From the NCBI GenBank assembly GCA_012862495.1, contig BLSG01000164.1:7200-52659 (forward strand): a DNA stretch of 45,460 nt. Reading direction: 5' to 3'. Origin of the DNA: Thraustochytrium aureum. Taxonomy: Eukaryota. The translations under genes and the position numbers were made by a program. The notes under the pieces are model-generated. The model saw only the letters and a program-made list of their open reading frames with translations. It ran no database searches and was not told the origin of the DNA. Within the stretch, counting starts at the first letter, position 1. Each line of letters begins with the position of its first letter. Positions 1 through 10,593 of the stretch are shown piece by piece.

Positions 1-974
1 GTGTTCGGGGCGACCGGGTTTTGGGCGGCTATGTGGTCAACCAGCTGGGCAAGAGCGGGACGAACATGGTTGTGGCCACGCGCGGCGATGACATGTCGTG
101 GCGGCACCTGAAGCCGTGCGCTGACTATGGCAAGCTGGTGCCAGCGTACATCTCGCTCGCAGACGAGGACTCGGTGCGCGACACGATTCGCGGCGTCGAC
201 ACCGTCATCAACCTGATGGGCAAGCACTACGAGACCAAGCACTACGCGCCCAACCTGATTAACTGCTCGTTCGAGGACGTGCACGTGAAGGGCGCCGAGA
301 TGGTTGCCCGCATCGCGCGCGAGGAGGACGTCAAGCACCTCGTGCACGTTAGCTGCGCCTTTGCAAAGGCAGGCTCGCCCTCCAAGTTTGCGCGCACCAA
401 GGCGGAGGGCGACGCGCTTGTCGAGCGCGAGTTTCCCGGCGCCGTCTTGGTCAAGCCCAACGTGGTCTACGGCGACGAGGACATGTTCTTGAACGCGTAT
501 GCCAACATGATTGCCATCCTGCCGTACTTTCCGCTTGTCGAGGGCGGCAAGGCCAAGATCGCCCCGGTGTTTTGCGGCGACGTGGGGCGCGCGATTGCCA
601 CCATTGCGCAAAACTACTCGCTCGCCGGCCAAACCTTCAACCTGAGCGGCAAGCACACGTACACGCGCAAGCAGGTGGTCGAGTACGTGATGGAGCAGAC
701 GAATCGCCAGAAGGAGTTCATCGACTGCCCTTTGCGAGCCGCCGAACTCGTTGGCAAGGTGGTCAACAACCTTCCCAACCCGTACTTTACCGAGGATGCC
801 GCGATTCTCCTGACGCAGGACTGCCCGACGGCTTCTGCGGGCGAGTCTTCGTGGGACGAGCTCGGCATGTCTTCGATCTCCGACTTTGAGGTCAAGGCGT
901 TCTCGCACCTGCACCGCTTCCGCCAGGGTGGGCACTTTGTGAATCCCACCAGCGAGCGCGTTTCCCACCAGTGA
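1..974 (+). CDS. NDUFA9: NADH:ubiquinone oxidoreductase 39-kDa subunit (NDUFA9, atypical SDR); 5' end lies outside the window
   Basis: Frame 1 reads VFGATGF at 1-21 and continues in frame 3 as LGGYVVNQLGKSG, giving the family GATGFLG motif (one T missing in the run at 19-22). Further family-typical segments are VINLMGKHYET, FEDVHV, SKFARTKAEGD and VYGDED. Confidence 0.92.
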   Translation, partial: VRGDRVLGGYVVNQLGKSGTNMVVATRGDDMSWRHLKPCADYGKLVPAYISLADEDSVRDTIRGVDTVINLMGKHYETKHYAPNLINCSFEDVHVKGAEMVARIAREEDVKHLVHVSCAFAKAGSPSKFARTKAEGDALVEREFPGAVLVKPNVVYGDEDMFLNAYANMIAILPYFPLVEGGKAKIAPVFCGDVGRAIATIAQNYSLAGQTFNLSGKHTYTRKQVVEYVMEQTNRQKEFIDCPLRAAELVGKVVNNLPNPYFTEDAAILLTQDCPTASAGESSWDELGMSSISDFEVKAFSHLHRFRQGGHFVNPTSERVSHQ

Positions 975-1616
975 GCTGCTCGAGTGTGATGATCTGCGGC
1001 TTGCGAGAGTTGGCGGTCGGCGGGCTGTTACTTTTTCGCGCAAATGTCGCCCTCGATAGGCGCGTGTGTGCATGACTGGGAGCGCGCAAGAGGGTCCCGT
1101 TGCGGGGTTATATCCTCCTCTAGAGAATGCGCTACACGATCATTCCTTTCCCCTTTTGTTCCCCCTCCGTCCTCCTCCTCCTCATCCTCGTCGCCAATCG
1201 TCGTCTGTTGTTTTGTGTTAACGCGCGCGCGTTGTCCGTCGTGAATGATCCAAGCGACACTGCTCGCGTTGCGCGTTCTCTTGATGCGCTCCATGTGTTT
1301 GCGGCGGTACTACGCTAAGCGAGACGGAAAGGGCGACCTAAAAACGATGACCCACCAAGAGGGGCGTCTCGCTGCGCCACGGAGGCGACTTCCCGAGCCA
1401 GCCCGATAAGGACGTCGGATGACGCAAAACGTGACAAATGATAGGTTCGCTTGCGAATCTTGACCACAACCCAGTAACGCCATCGAAAGACAACACAACA
1501 TCAAACAGGTTAGTATTCTTTGAAAGTACAGGGGGGGGGATCAGACACGTGACAGTCAGCAAAAGCTGGGGGATAGCATGCAACAAAAACGAAACGACGG
1601 CCGCCAGCGGTGGCGG

Positions 1617-1981
1617 TTAATACCTGTCCCGACCTGACGACCGAGGTGACTTGACTCGCGCAAAGCGAGTCGGGTCCGGAAACGCTTCCGTGTCCATGTA
1701 GCCACCAACATCCACGTTGGCGTCATGGTGGTCAGCGCTCGAGGAGACTTGGGAGCTATTCGCTGCGCCGTTCTTGGTGGTCCGCCTACCGCTCTTGCCT
1801 GCCGAGCAGGTCTTGGCGCGAACGACCGCTTCAGCAGCGCGGGCTGCCTCAATATCGTTCGCGGCCTCCTTCGCCTTGGCCTCGGCGGCGCGCACCTCGG
1901 CCAGCGGTGGGTCCGGCTTGCGCTCGTTCACCTGCTGCCGCAGCAGCAAGCACCCGCCTAGAGCCACCGCGAGCCCCACGA
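1617..1981 (-). CDS. Hypothetical protein, C-terminal part (end of a TM helix plus helical/disordered tail); 5' part in gap
   Basis: Open frame from the gap edge: hydrophobic GLAVALGGCLLL, then an Ala/Glu/Lys helical segment, then a stop at 1617. No family recognised. Confidence 0.45.
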
Positions 1982-2700
1982 NNNNNNNNNNNNNNNNNNN
2001 NNNNNNNNNNNNNNNNNNNNNNNNNNNNNNNNNNNNNNNNNNNNNNNNNNNNNNNNNNNNNNNNNNNNNNNNNNNNNNNNNNNNNNNNNNNNNNNNNNNN
2101 NNNNNNNNNNNNNNNNNNNNNNNNNNNNNNNNNNNNNNNNNNNNNNNNNNNNNNNNNNNNNNNNNNNNNNNNNNNNNNNNNNNNNNNNNNNNNNNNNNNN
2201 NNNNNNNNNNNNNNNNNNNNNNNNNNNNNNNNNNNNNNNNNNNNNNNNNNNNNNNNNNNNNNNNNNNNNNNNNNNNNNAACAAGCAACCAGCCAGGACCA
2301 GCGGGATGGCGTGCGCCGCGCGCGGGCTCCCGCCCCGTCGCAGACTCCGCCGCGTCAGGCAGCCGCCAGCGCAGCGCGCTCCCGACGGACGGCGCACACT
2401 GCGTGCCTCTTTCCTGCTCTGCTCTGCCCTGCTCCGCTCCGCTCCGCTCTGCTCTTGTGGTGAGTGCCCATCGGAGTTTCTGTCGCTGTTTATCGGTACT
2501 TTCGAGAGAGCCAATCGCCCTTTTAGGGCTCCGCGGCGCCCCTCTCGGGGAAACCTCGCTCGTGCGATGGCCCTTGACTGTCAGGGATCAGTCAATAGTG
2601 GCCGTGCAACTTGAAGTTTTTCACGATCGTTGATGATCGTTGATGAGGATGTTGAGGCCGGCGGGGCGTCGATCGCCGTGGCGTCGAAGGTCTGGCAGCT

Positions 2701-2760
2701 GTAGTTGTTGTTGTTGTTGTTGTTGCTGCTGCTGCTGCTGTTGGTGGTGGTGGTGGTGGG
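2701..2760. repeat. Compound trinucleotide microsatellite (GTT)n(GCT)n(GGT)n
   Basis: Read directly from the sequence. Confidence 0.95.
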
Positions 2761-3368
2761 CAGGGCTTGTGCGCGCGCTCGCTTCGATGACTCTCGGGCC
2801 CAGGCGGTCCCGCTCGCGCGCTGCTCGCGTTGATTGCTCGAGTTGCCATACCTGCGTGGCTGACTGATCTGCAAAAAAGAATGTGGCGTGGCCCGCTCCG
2901 CACCGTGCTCGAGCGTTCTGGGCCAGGCAACGGGTTGGGCCAACGGGGCTCGGTCAATACTCTCCACGACTAAAGTCGCTCTCCTGACGTGCGCTGGCTG
3001 GCCTGGCCGCCAACGCATCCACGGGCTGTGCGATGGCCCATCCGAGAAGACACCAGGGCACCGGCAGGCACCGCGCGAACGCTTGGCTTGGCCAACAGGA
3101 GGCAAGGACCGATGGGTGAACGGACACAGGCGCGTTTGGCCAAACCAGAACAGACTGGAATTCACTCGGGAGCGCGACGGCTGCCTGCGCGGCGCAGAGC
3201 AATCGACATAGACCCGCAAGTGGCAGTGGTTTGGACCCGAGCTCGACTCGAACGGGACAAGAGCAAGCGTACTACGACCCGACAGAGAAGGACGTGGGCC
3301 CGACTGTGACTGTGTGGAGTTGAGAGTACTCTAACTGTGGATCACCGATCACCCCTTTTGGTGCAGAC

Positions 3369-3402
<34 letters not shown>
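3369..3402 (+). repeat. (GCAA)n tetranucleotide repeat abutting the ATG at 3403
   Basis: agcaagcaagcaag...caagATG read directly. Confidence 0.95.
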
Positions 3403-3599
3403 ATGCGAGCGGTGACTGCCAAGGCGTTTGGCGAGCCGGAGGATGTTTTAGAGATGCAGGAGGCGTGGCCCAAGCCAAAGGCGGAGAAGAAGGGCGAAAT
3501 GCTCGTCCGCGTCGAGGCCTGCTCCGTGACTCCGGGCGACTACAGGATGATGGTCGGCGAGGGCTCGCTGTTGAAGAAGCCCGCCAAGTTCCCCTACGT
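3403..3599 (+). CDS. MDR-family (GroES-like) NADPH:quinone oxidoreductase / RTN4IP1-like, N-terminal fragment; remainder in gap
   Basis: MRAVTAKAFGEPEDVLEMQEAWPKPK...GEMLVRVEACSVTPGDYRMMVG...KFPY matches the MDR N-terminus pattern MKA..FG.P.VL...P.P...GEVLVRV.A.SVNP.D. Confidence 0.8.
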
Positions 3600-4341
3600 N
3601 NNNNNNNNNNNNNNNNNNNNNNNNNNNNNNNNNNNNNNNNNNNNNNNNNNNNNNNNNNNNNNNNNNNNNNNNNNNNNNNNNNNNNNNNNNNNNNNNNNNN
3701 NNNNNNNNNNNNNNNNNNNNNNNNNNNNNNNNNNNNNNNNNNNNNNNNNNNNNNNNNNNNNNNNNNNNNNNNNNNNNNNNNNNNNNNNNNNNNNNNNNNN
3801 NNNNNNNNNNNNNNNNNNNNNNNNNNNNNNNNNNNNNNNNNNNNNNNNNNNNNNNNNNNNNNNNNNNNNNNNNNNNNNNNNNNNNNNNNNNNNNNNNNNN
3901 NNNNNNNNNNNNNNNNNNNNNNNNNNNNNNNNNNNNNNNNNNNNNNNNNNNNNNNNNNNNNNNNNNNNNNNNNNNNNNNNNNNNNNNNNNNNNNNNNNNN
4001 NNNNNNNNNNNNNNNNNNNNNNNNNNNNNNNNNNNNNNNNNNNNNNNNNNNNNNNNNNNNNNNNNNNNNNNNNNNNNNNNNNNNNNNNNNNNNNNNNNNN
4101 NNNNNNNNNNNNNNNNNNNNNNNNNNNNNNNNNNNNNNNNNNNNNNNNNNNNNNNNNNNNNNNNNNNNNNNNNNNNNNNNNNNNNNNNNNNNNNNNNNNN
4201 NNNNNNNNNNNNNNNNNNNNNNNNNNNNNNNNNNNNNNNNNNNNNNNNNNNNNNNNNNNNNNNNNNNNNNNNNNNNNNNNNNNNNNNNNNNNNNNNNNNN
4301 NNNNNNNNNNNNNNNNNNNNNNNNNNNNNNNNNNNNNNNNN

Positions 4342-4474
4342 GCTCCCTCACATCGCGCTTGCGGCCGACGCGGCTGGCCACCACTGCTGCGGCGTGAGTA
4401 TGTACTCTACTCGGCCTACCAACGCGGCCATGCGAGCCAGCCAAGGCGATGGTTTTCATTGACTCGGCCATCAT
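4342..4474 (-). CDS. Possible N-terminus of an NAD(P)-binding Rossmann protein (SDR/NmrA-like); remainder in gap
   Basis: MMAESMKTIALAGSHGRVG resembles a beta1-GxxGxxG Rossmann start. It is followed by GTAGG...TACTCAC...CAG, which could be a short intron. Very little sequence is available. Confidence 0.35.
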
Positions 4475-5228
4475 CACCACCCACCGTACTAGGTACGCCC
4501 GATTGGTGCGGCCTCGAGGCGCGGAGGCCGAGTCTTCCTTGGTAAAAGAATCCAGCAGCAGCGGCAGCAGCAGTGGCAGCGGCAGCAGAGGCAAAGAGAG
4601 AACGGTGGCCAGCGGGTGGGCGATCCGGTTGAGCGAGCGCAGCCGCAGCCCACCTTCCTCCGCCGCCGTGCTGCACTCCATCTCCGGCGTTGTGACCTCG
4701 GCTGGGTGTCGTCGAGCGCCCCACCGAGGGCTCTCAATTTCACCACGAAAAACTCTTTCGTTGAATGAAAGTTTGTGCCAGTTTGTGCCACCACCACGTC
4801 TCAGGTGCCTGCCGACTTGCCTCTGCGGTGGCAGAGCAGCACTTGCGCAGCGCCTCCCATGCACAGGCCGCGCACACGCATCGCGCTTGAGAGGCGGCCC
4901 GCCGTGCGCGTCTCACGCGGCGCTGAGGAGGATCTGGCAAGTGGAGCGAAGTGCGAGGCCGCCCTCAGTGTACACGCGCCACGGCCATCGCAGCTGTGGA
5001 AGGCACCGACAGCTGACAACCAGAAAGGGGGCGATGGACTTGCCCGTGTGTCCAAGGCAGCAAGGCTCGACCGCGCTCGTAGACCCCGTTCTGGCTCGCG
5101 CACGCTGAGCAGCCGCGCCGAGGAGTCCCTGTTGGCAGCAGCTGCAGCAGCTGCGACGTGCGACAGGCCGGCGAGAGTGGCGCTGGTGCAGTCGCAGAAG
5201 GCGCGGTTTGGTAGGAAGCACGGCGAGG

Positions 5229-6944
5229 ATGCTCGAAATGCTGGGCGCCAGGTGGAGCCTCGCAGGCCGGCGGCGCGCGAGGGCGGCTCGCAAGGAGAAG
5301 AATGCCATGCTAGGGTGGCTGTTCGTGCTGGCGATGGCCGGCGTCGCGGTGATGCATGTGCAAGTGGAGGCCAGGGAGAGCGCCCTCGTGATGGACGCCG
5401 AGTTGGACGGGGGTCGGCGCGCGCTGGCGGACATTTTCAAGACGCGGCCGGAGCAGTGCGCGGGCACTGAGACGTGGTGGGCTGGGCCCTTTTTCGCTAT
5501 CGTGCTGTACAGCTTTATCGGGCTTGCTGTGATCACTGACGAGTACTTTGAGCCGACCCTGGCGCTCATCTCGGACGATCTGCACCTCTCGCCGGACGTC
5601 GCCGGCGCCACTTTCATGGCTGCTGGCTCCTCGGCGCCCGAGCTGCTCACGTCTGTCGTAGACGCCTTCTTTAGCAAAGCGAGTGTCGGCGTGGGCACGA
5701 TCTTGGGCAGCGCCATGTTCAACCTGCTGATCATCGTCGCAGGGACAGCGCTTGTTGGCAAGAACAAGAACGGCGGCCCGCTCGTGATCCAGGGCTACCC
5801 GCTGGGCCGAGACTCGATGTTTTACCTCTTGGCGCTCGGCGTGCTGACGGCGGTCATGCTCAACGACGGCAAGTTGTGCGTGATGAACGAGGACCGCTTC
5901 GACATTTACGCCAACCGCACCGACCAAAACCCGGAGGACGCGCTCTGCTACGTGGGCCTGGTCACCACGCTCGAGGGCCTCTTGCTGGTGCTCTTCTACG
6001 TGTCGTACATCATCTTTATGATGTACAACAAGACCATCCACACCTGGTTCAACGAAAACATCCAGTTCCGCTGCTGCAGCAAGATTGGCAAGCCCACAAC
6101 CACCAGGCCCGCCTACGATCTCAGCGGCTTGGCGCAGGACATGGAAAAGCACGCCGAGCGGGAGCGCCGCGATTCGTGGGCCGGCTCGCATGACCTGGCC
6201 CACCGCGTCCCTGACGACGGGGAAACGGACGCCGGCTTTGACGAGGACGAAGAGGAGTTTCCAGGCAGCCCGTTCAAGATGGACGGCCCCAGCTCGATCG
6301 GGGGCGCCATCTACATGGTGCTCTCCTGGCCGTACTACCTCATCTTTTTCCTGACGATGCCCACCTTCCTGGCGAACGGCAAGCTGCGCAACTTTCTGCT
6401 CTTCACGGTCAACATCGCCTGGATCACCGGCCTTACAATGGCCATGGTCTACTTTGCCACCTTTGGCGGCTGCCTGCTCGAGGTGGACCCGTTTATCATC
6501 GGCATCCTCTTTCTCGCGGTCGGCACCTCCGTCCCGGATGCGCTGGCCTCCTTTATCGTTGCGCGCGACGGCCACGGCGACATGGCCATCTCGAACGCCC
6601 TGGGCTCGAACGTGTTTGACATCTTGCTCGGCCTCGGGCTGCCCTGGTTTCTTGCAGGTCTCGCCTTCCCCGACCAGGTCAACGCGCCAGAGGGGCGCCG
6701 GGACGGTCAGTTTGTCGTTACCAACGGCGTCGTGGCCGGCATGATCATGCTCGTGATTGGCCTCGTTCTCTTCATTGGCAGCCTCGTACTGTTTCGCTGG
6801 CGCATGCTCAAGCCCATCGCCGCGATCCTCATCGCGTACTACATTGGGTTTCTGGTGATTATCATCCTTGCCAACCGGTGCAAGATCCCCGTCTGCATCG
6901 AGCTCGACTGTTCTCGTTGCGGTTTCGAGCCCGCGTTGTTTTAG
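5229..6944 (+). CDS. K+-dependent Na+/Ca2+ exchanger (NCKX, SLC24/CaCA family); start may be the ATG at 5307
   Basis: Alpha-1 repeat DVAGATFMAAGSSAPEL...GVGTILGSAMFN and alpha-2 repeat GTSVPDA...GHGDMAISNALGSNVFDILLGLGLPW. The Asp of GSNVFD associated with K+ dependence is present. Two TM clusters flank an acidic loop. Confidence 0.95.
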   Translation: MLEMLGARWSLAGRRRARAARKEKNAMLGWLFVLAMAGVAVMHVQVEARESALVMDAELDGGRRALADIFKTRPEQCAGTETWWAGPFFAIVLYSFIGLAVITDEYFEPTLALISDDLHLSPDVAGATFMAAGSSAPELLTSVVDAFFSKASVGVGTILGSAMFNLLIIVAGTALVGKNKNGGPLVIQGYPLGRDSMFYLLALGVLTAVMLNDGKLCVMNEDRFDIYANRTDQNPEDALCYVGLVTTLEGLLLVLFYVSYIIFMMYNKTIHTWFNENIQFRCCSKIGKPTTTRPAYDLSGLAQDMEKHAERERRDSWAGSHDLAHRVPDDGETDAGFDEDEEEFPGSPFKMDGPSSIGGAIYMVLSWPYYLIFFLTMPTFLANGKLRNFLLFTVNIAWITGLTMAMVYFATFGGCLLEVDPFIIGILFLAVGTSVPDALASFIVARDGHGDMAISNALGSNVFDILLGLGLPWFLAGLAFPDQVNAPEGRRDGQFVVTNGVVAGMIMLVIGLVLFIGSLVLFRWRMLKPIAAILIAYYIGFLVIIILANRCKIPVCIELDCSRCGFEPALF

Positions 6945-7492
6945 CTTAAGCGGGCCCCTGTGACTGCGTCTGCGCTGTGGCCTGGCAATAGAAAGGCAGC
7001 GGCAAGTGCCACTGCGACCGGCCCGGTGCCCTGACGGTGAAAATAGGTTCGACCTTGGGCTCTAACCTACAGAAGCAGGTTGACGATTGTTTTTTGGGGC
7101 CGATTCCGCTGCCGGCGGCGAGCTCGGCTGCTCGCGGGGCGCTGCGGCCTCGCTGAACAAGGCTAGTGACATAACTTGCTCGTGCAACTGAGACCAGCTC
7201 GGCGCTTTTGATCAGCGATAGACACGGAGGAGCGTCTGGGCGCCGATTCGTACAACGACTGCTCGCCAACAGCGAGCCGAGTGCCGGCGCGGCGCGCGGC
7301 GCACCGCGATAACAAACGCGGCAAGCAGCGAGAGGCGCAAAGTTGGCGCAAAGTTGGCACAAAGTGGCACAAAGACAGAGTATTTCGGAAAAGCGCAGCC
7401 AGAGCAGGCCGTAGATAGACAGCAAAGCAGACAATGGGGACAAGGCCCCAGCAAGAGAGAGCCGCTCAGGGGAAACCCGAGTCCAGCGCAAA

Positions 7493-8159
7493 CTACTTGC
7501 CAGGTGCGCGCGACTTGCGCCGAGTAAACATGTTGCGCATGCGACTCTTCCGCCGGTCGCGCTTGTCCGCAAAGTCTTCCTCTTGGTCGCCAGGGAACGG
7601 CGGCGGCGGTGCTTCATCGGAATTCGGGTCGCCCTCGTTCGAATACTCGGACATCGGCGGGGCGGCGGCGCCTCGGACATACCGTCCCCGTACTCGCTGT
7701 GCTCGTTGTACGCCGGCGGAGCTTCATCGCCATGCCATCCGTCCGGCGGCGGCGGCTCGCCCTCGTCCGAGGAGTCTTCGTAGTAGTCGTCTGGGAGCAC
7801 GATGTCCTGCAGGTCCGCGCCGTACTTGTTCTTCAACTTGGTGTTGAGCGCTGCAATGCCGCGCTTGCTCGTGTAGTTGAGAAGAATGTCAAAGACGTCG
7901 TCCAGCGACTCCTTGTCCGGGGCGTTTTGGGTGTAAAAGATAATCAGGGCTTGGCGCAGCATCGCGGGGCTAAACCCGCCGGCGCCGTCAACCGCGCCAA
8001 GGTACGCGTCGGGCGCCTCGTCTCCGCGGCGCGTCGCGACAGGCTTGAACCCGGTCCCAGACCCAAACCGGAGCGGCCTGCTCTTGCCTTTGGCCTTGGC
8101 CTTGGACTTGTCGTCCTTGCCTCCCCCCGCCTGAACACCCTCGACTTGCGCTTCATCAT
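7493..8159 (-). CDS. Hypothetical protein with a small helical FYxxNxPxK...KYG domain and an acidic/Pro-rich tail (two apparent homopolymer frameshifts)
   Basis: Restoring one base at 8123-8128 and one at 7659-7662 gives MMKRKSRVFRRGGGKDDK...LRQALIIFYTQNAPDKESLDDVFDILLNYTSKRGIAALNTKLKNKYGADL...EAPPPP...RRKSRMRNMFTRRKSRAPGK* (TAG at 7493-7495). Confidence 0.65.
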
Positions 8160-8527
8160 CCTCCCTCGCCACTCCTCGCGCGCTGCCCTCGCAGCGGCAA
8201 GTCTCGCCCAGCGTGCACAACCTGTGCCAGCCCAAGCCGCAGCGGCAGTCGGTGCACCGCACCACCTCCGTCGCTGCTCGGCGATCAGGCCGTGCGCGAG
8301 GCCGGCCTTGGCCCGGTCAAGGCGTCGGCGGGCCTGCTCTGGGCGCCCAAGTCGCTCGGCCGACTGCCAGCGCGATCGAACTGTCGATCGAGCGGTCAAT
8401 CCGTGCGTCAATCCGTCGATCGTTGGTTCAATCGCGATTGCCGCCAGCTCGCTCGCTCGCTGCTCCGCTCTCGCGCGGTCGGATTCGCACAAACCAAGAC
8501 TCGCACGGCCCTCCCATCCGCAGCTGA

Positions 8528-8760
8528 GGACAACAACAAACAAACAAAAAACCAACCGGAAAAAAAGGAAAATACATACAACCAAAAATACAAAACCAAA
8601 AATCAAGCATACAACCAAACATACAACCAAAAAAAAATCAACAAAAAATACAACGACAAATACGTAGGTAGGTAGACCGTAAAAAGGAAACGAAACGAAA
8701 CGAAAACGAAAAAAAAGTACAACCAAATAAAAGCGAAACGAAAACGAATACAACGAAATG
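8528..8760. repeat. Strongly A-rich low-complexity tract (AAAC/CAAAA/GAAAC units)
   Basis: About 230 nt dominated by A on the + strand within a GC-rich background. Confidence 0.9.
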
Positions 8761-9413
8761 CATTCAGCTGGGAAGGTACCTCGCTAGAGGGTACTGTCGA
8801 GTACCTACCTCCGCTCCTCTTGCTGCGCGTCCCCGTGAGGCGATGAGGCCAGCGAAAGGGGTGCAAAAGAGGGTAGGTAGGCAGATTATTTGATCACTCA
8901 CTTGCTGGTTTTCTCCTGTCACGGTCTCTTGACGGTGGGCGAGAGCGCTCGGAGGGAGAGGCTGAGAGGGAAGGCGCTGTTGTGCAGTGCACGCCTGCGA
9001 GTGAGGGCGTGAGGGAGGCAGGAGGGAGGCCGGCTGGACACCGCGCCCAAGCCACCTGAATTAGCACAATGCGGTGACTTTGCTACGAGGTTTTTGGCGA
9101 ATGCGGTCAAGAGTCGTGGTGTGAACGCGAAATCTCGCGGGCGCACCTCCCAGCGCAGGCGATGATTTGGAACGTCTCGCCGTGGACTCGGATCCAAGTG
9201 GCCGCAAGTTCGTTGCTCCTGAATTGCTCGTGAAGGGCGTTGGCACGATGAGGTGTGTACTTTCCTGTCGACTCGGATCATGAGCTTGGCGGACTCGAAA
9301 GGTCGTCGATCATGCTTTGAAAGGTCGTCGATCATGCTTTCATCAAGAGCACGCCGTCAGTCCGCCAACTCGGACGGCTTGGACGAGGAAGCTGCGCGGC
9401 CGCTGGCGAGACG

Positions 9414-10241
9414 ATGGGCAAGGTAAGGCAGTTCCACGGGACCCCGGACGTTGTTGTGCTGCACTGCGTGCCCGCGTCCCAGTACAGCACCAAGGTGCTT
9501 GCAGGCCTCGCTTCGCGAAACATCCCGCACAACATCGAGTTTGCAGCGCCGCAGCCCAGGGATCGACGTCTGCCGACGGAGCGAACGTTTGTGCCAGCGA
9601 TCGAGTACAAGCGCAGTGCCGTCGATGACAGCACGGAGATTCTGAGGTTCCTGGACAAGAATTTTGACATGCGCGAGGGAGGCGAAAAGTTCTTCCCCGA
9701 CTCGCCTCAAGTCGCGCCCGAGGTCGAGCGCCTGAACAAGGAGGCCGAGGAGCGCCTGGACGCGTTCTGTGACTACTACAACTACGTGAACAAGGAGGGG
9801 TACGAACGCAGCGTGAGAAAGAGCCTCTCGAGCTACATCCCGTGGTTTGCCTTTTGGGTCGACATCGACGCGCGCCTCGCAGGAAAGCGAAAGGCCTGCT
9901 TGGAAAAGTGCCAGAAAGTCTTTGATAAGGGGACCTTGGAGCTGAATGACGAGGACGTGCGCAAGGAAATGCACGAAGAGCTGATCGGCTGCCTGAAGGA
10001 GCTCTCCGCGTGCTTGAAAAGCCCAGAGCAGACATACCTGTGCGGCACCCAGCTGCCCTCTGCAGCAGACCTCGCCGTTTATTCAAAGTTGTGCAGGCTT
10101 ATGGACAAGCACGGGGACGTAAGCATGGGGGCGGCACTCCCTGACCTCCTCGAGGAAAGCGGTCTGGCCCGCCTCAAGATTTGGTTCGCAAACATGCAGA
10201 AGGTCTGTCGACTGCAGTGGAAGGGAAAGCGCCGTCGCTGA
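9414..10241 (+). CDS. Glutathione S-transferase-fold protein (mPGES2/metaxin/FAX-like)
   Basis: GST-N pattern SQYSTKVLAGL...IPH...FVPAIEY...VDDSTEILRFLD and GST-C pattern YLCGTQLPSAADLAVYSKL...LKIWFANM. Confidence 0.85.
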   Translation: MGKVRQFHGTPDVVVLHCVPASQYSTKVLAGLASRNIPHNIEFAAPQPRDRRLPTERTFVPAIEYKRSAVDDSTEILRFLDKNFDMREGGEKFFPDSPQVAPEVERLNKEAEERLDAFCDYYNYVNKEGYERSVRKSLSSYIPWFAFWVDIDARLAGKRKACLEKCQKVFDKGTLELNDEDVRKEMHEELIGCLKELSACLKSPEQTYLCGTQLPSAADLAVYSKLCRLMDKHGDVSMGAALPDLLEESGLARLKIWFANMQKVCRLQWKGKRRR

Positions 10242-10593
10242 GCGNNNNNNNNNNNNNNNNNNNNNNNNNNNNNNNNNNNNNNNNNNNNNNNNNNNNNNNN
10301 NNNNNNNNNNNNNNNNNNNNNNNNNNNNNNNNNNNNNNNNNNNNNNNNNNNNNNNNNNNNNNNNNNNNNNNNNNNNNNNNNNNNNNNNNNNNNNNNNNNN
10401 NNNNNNNNNNNNNNNNNNNNNNNNNNNNNNNNNNNNNNNNNNNNNNNNNNNNNNNNNNNNNNNNNNNNNNNNNNNNNNNNNNNNNNNNNNNNNNNNNNNN
10501 NNNNNNNNNNNNNNNNNNNNNNNNNNNNNNNNNNNNNNNNNNNNNNNNNNNNNNNNNNNNNNNNNNNNNNNNNNNNNCGGCGCTTTCATACCG

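Noticed and set aside
16..22. Programmed -1 frameshift at GGGTTTT in NDUFA9
   Set aside because: The heptamer is not in X XXY YYZ phase with the incoming frame, and similar one-base slips of both signs occur throughout the window.
2640..2867. Poly-Cys/poly-Trp ORF and the antisense poly-Thr/Ser/Asn ORFs
   Set aside because: These are translations of a compound microsatellite with no other coding signal.
3282..3290. ACAGAGAAG, U6 snRNA-like
   Set aside because: The flanking sequence does not continue as U6.
5310..6575. Long antisense ORFs opposite NCKX, TRP and other genes
   Set aside because: These are expected shadows of GC-rich codon usage and show no independent protein features.
6995..7113. 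Possible structured ncRNA (GGCAGCGG/CCGCTGCC stem, GGTTCGA, T-run)
   Set aside because: I could not build a tRNA cloverleaf or match any snRNA. An 8-bp GC stem is expected by chance here. An Infernal/Rfam scan would settle it.
7944..8753. Very hydrophobic Phe/Val-rich ORF suggesting a membrane protein
   Set aside because: It is the antisense translation of the A-rich low-complexity tract.
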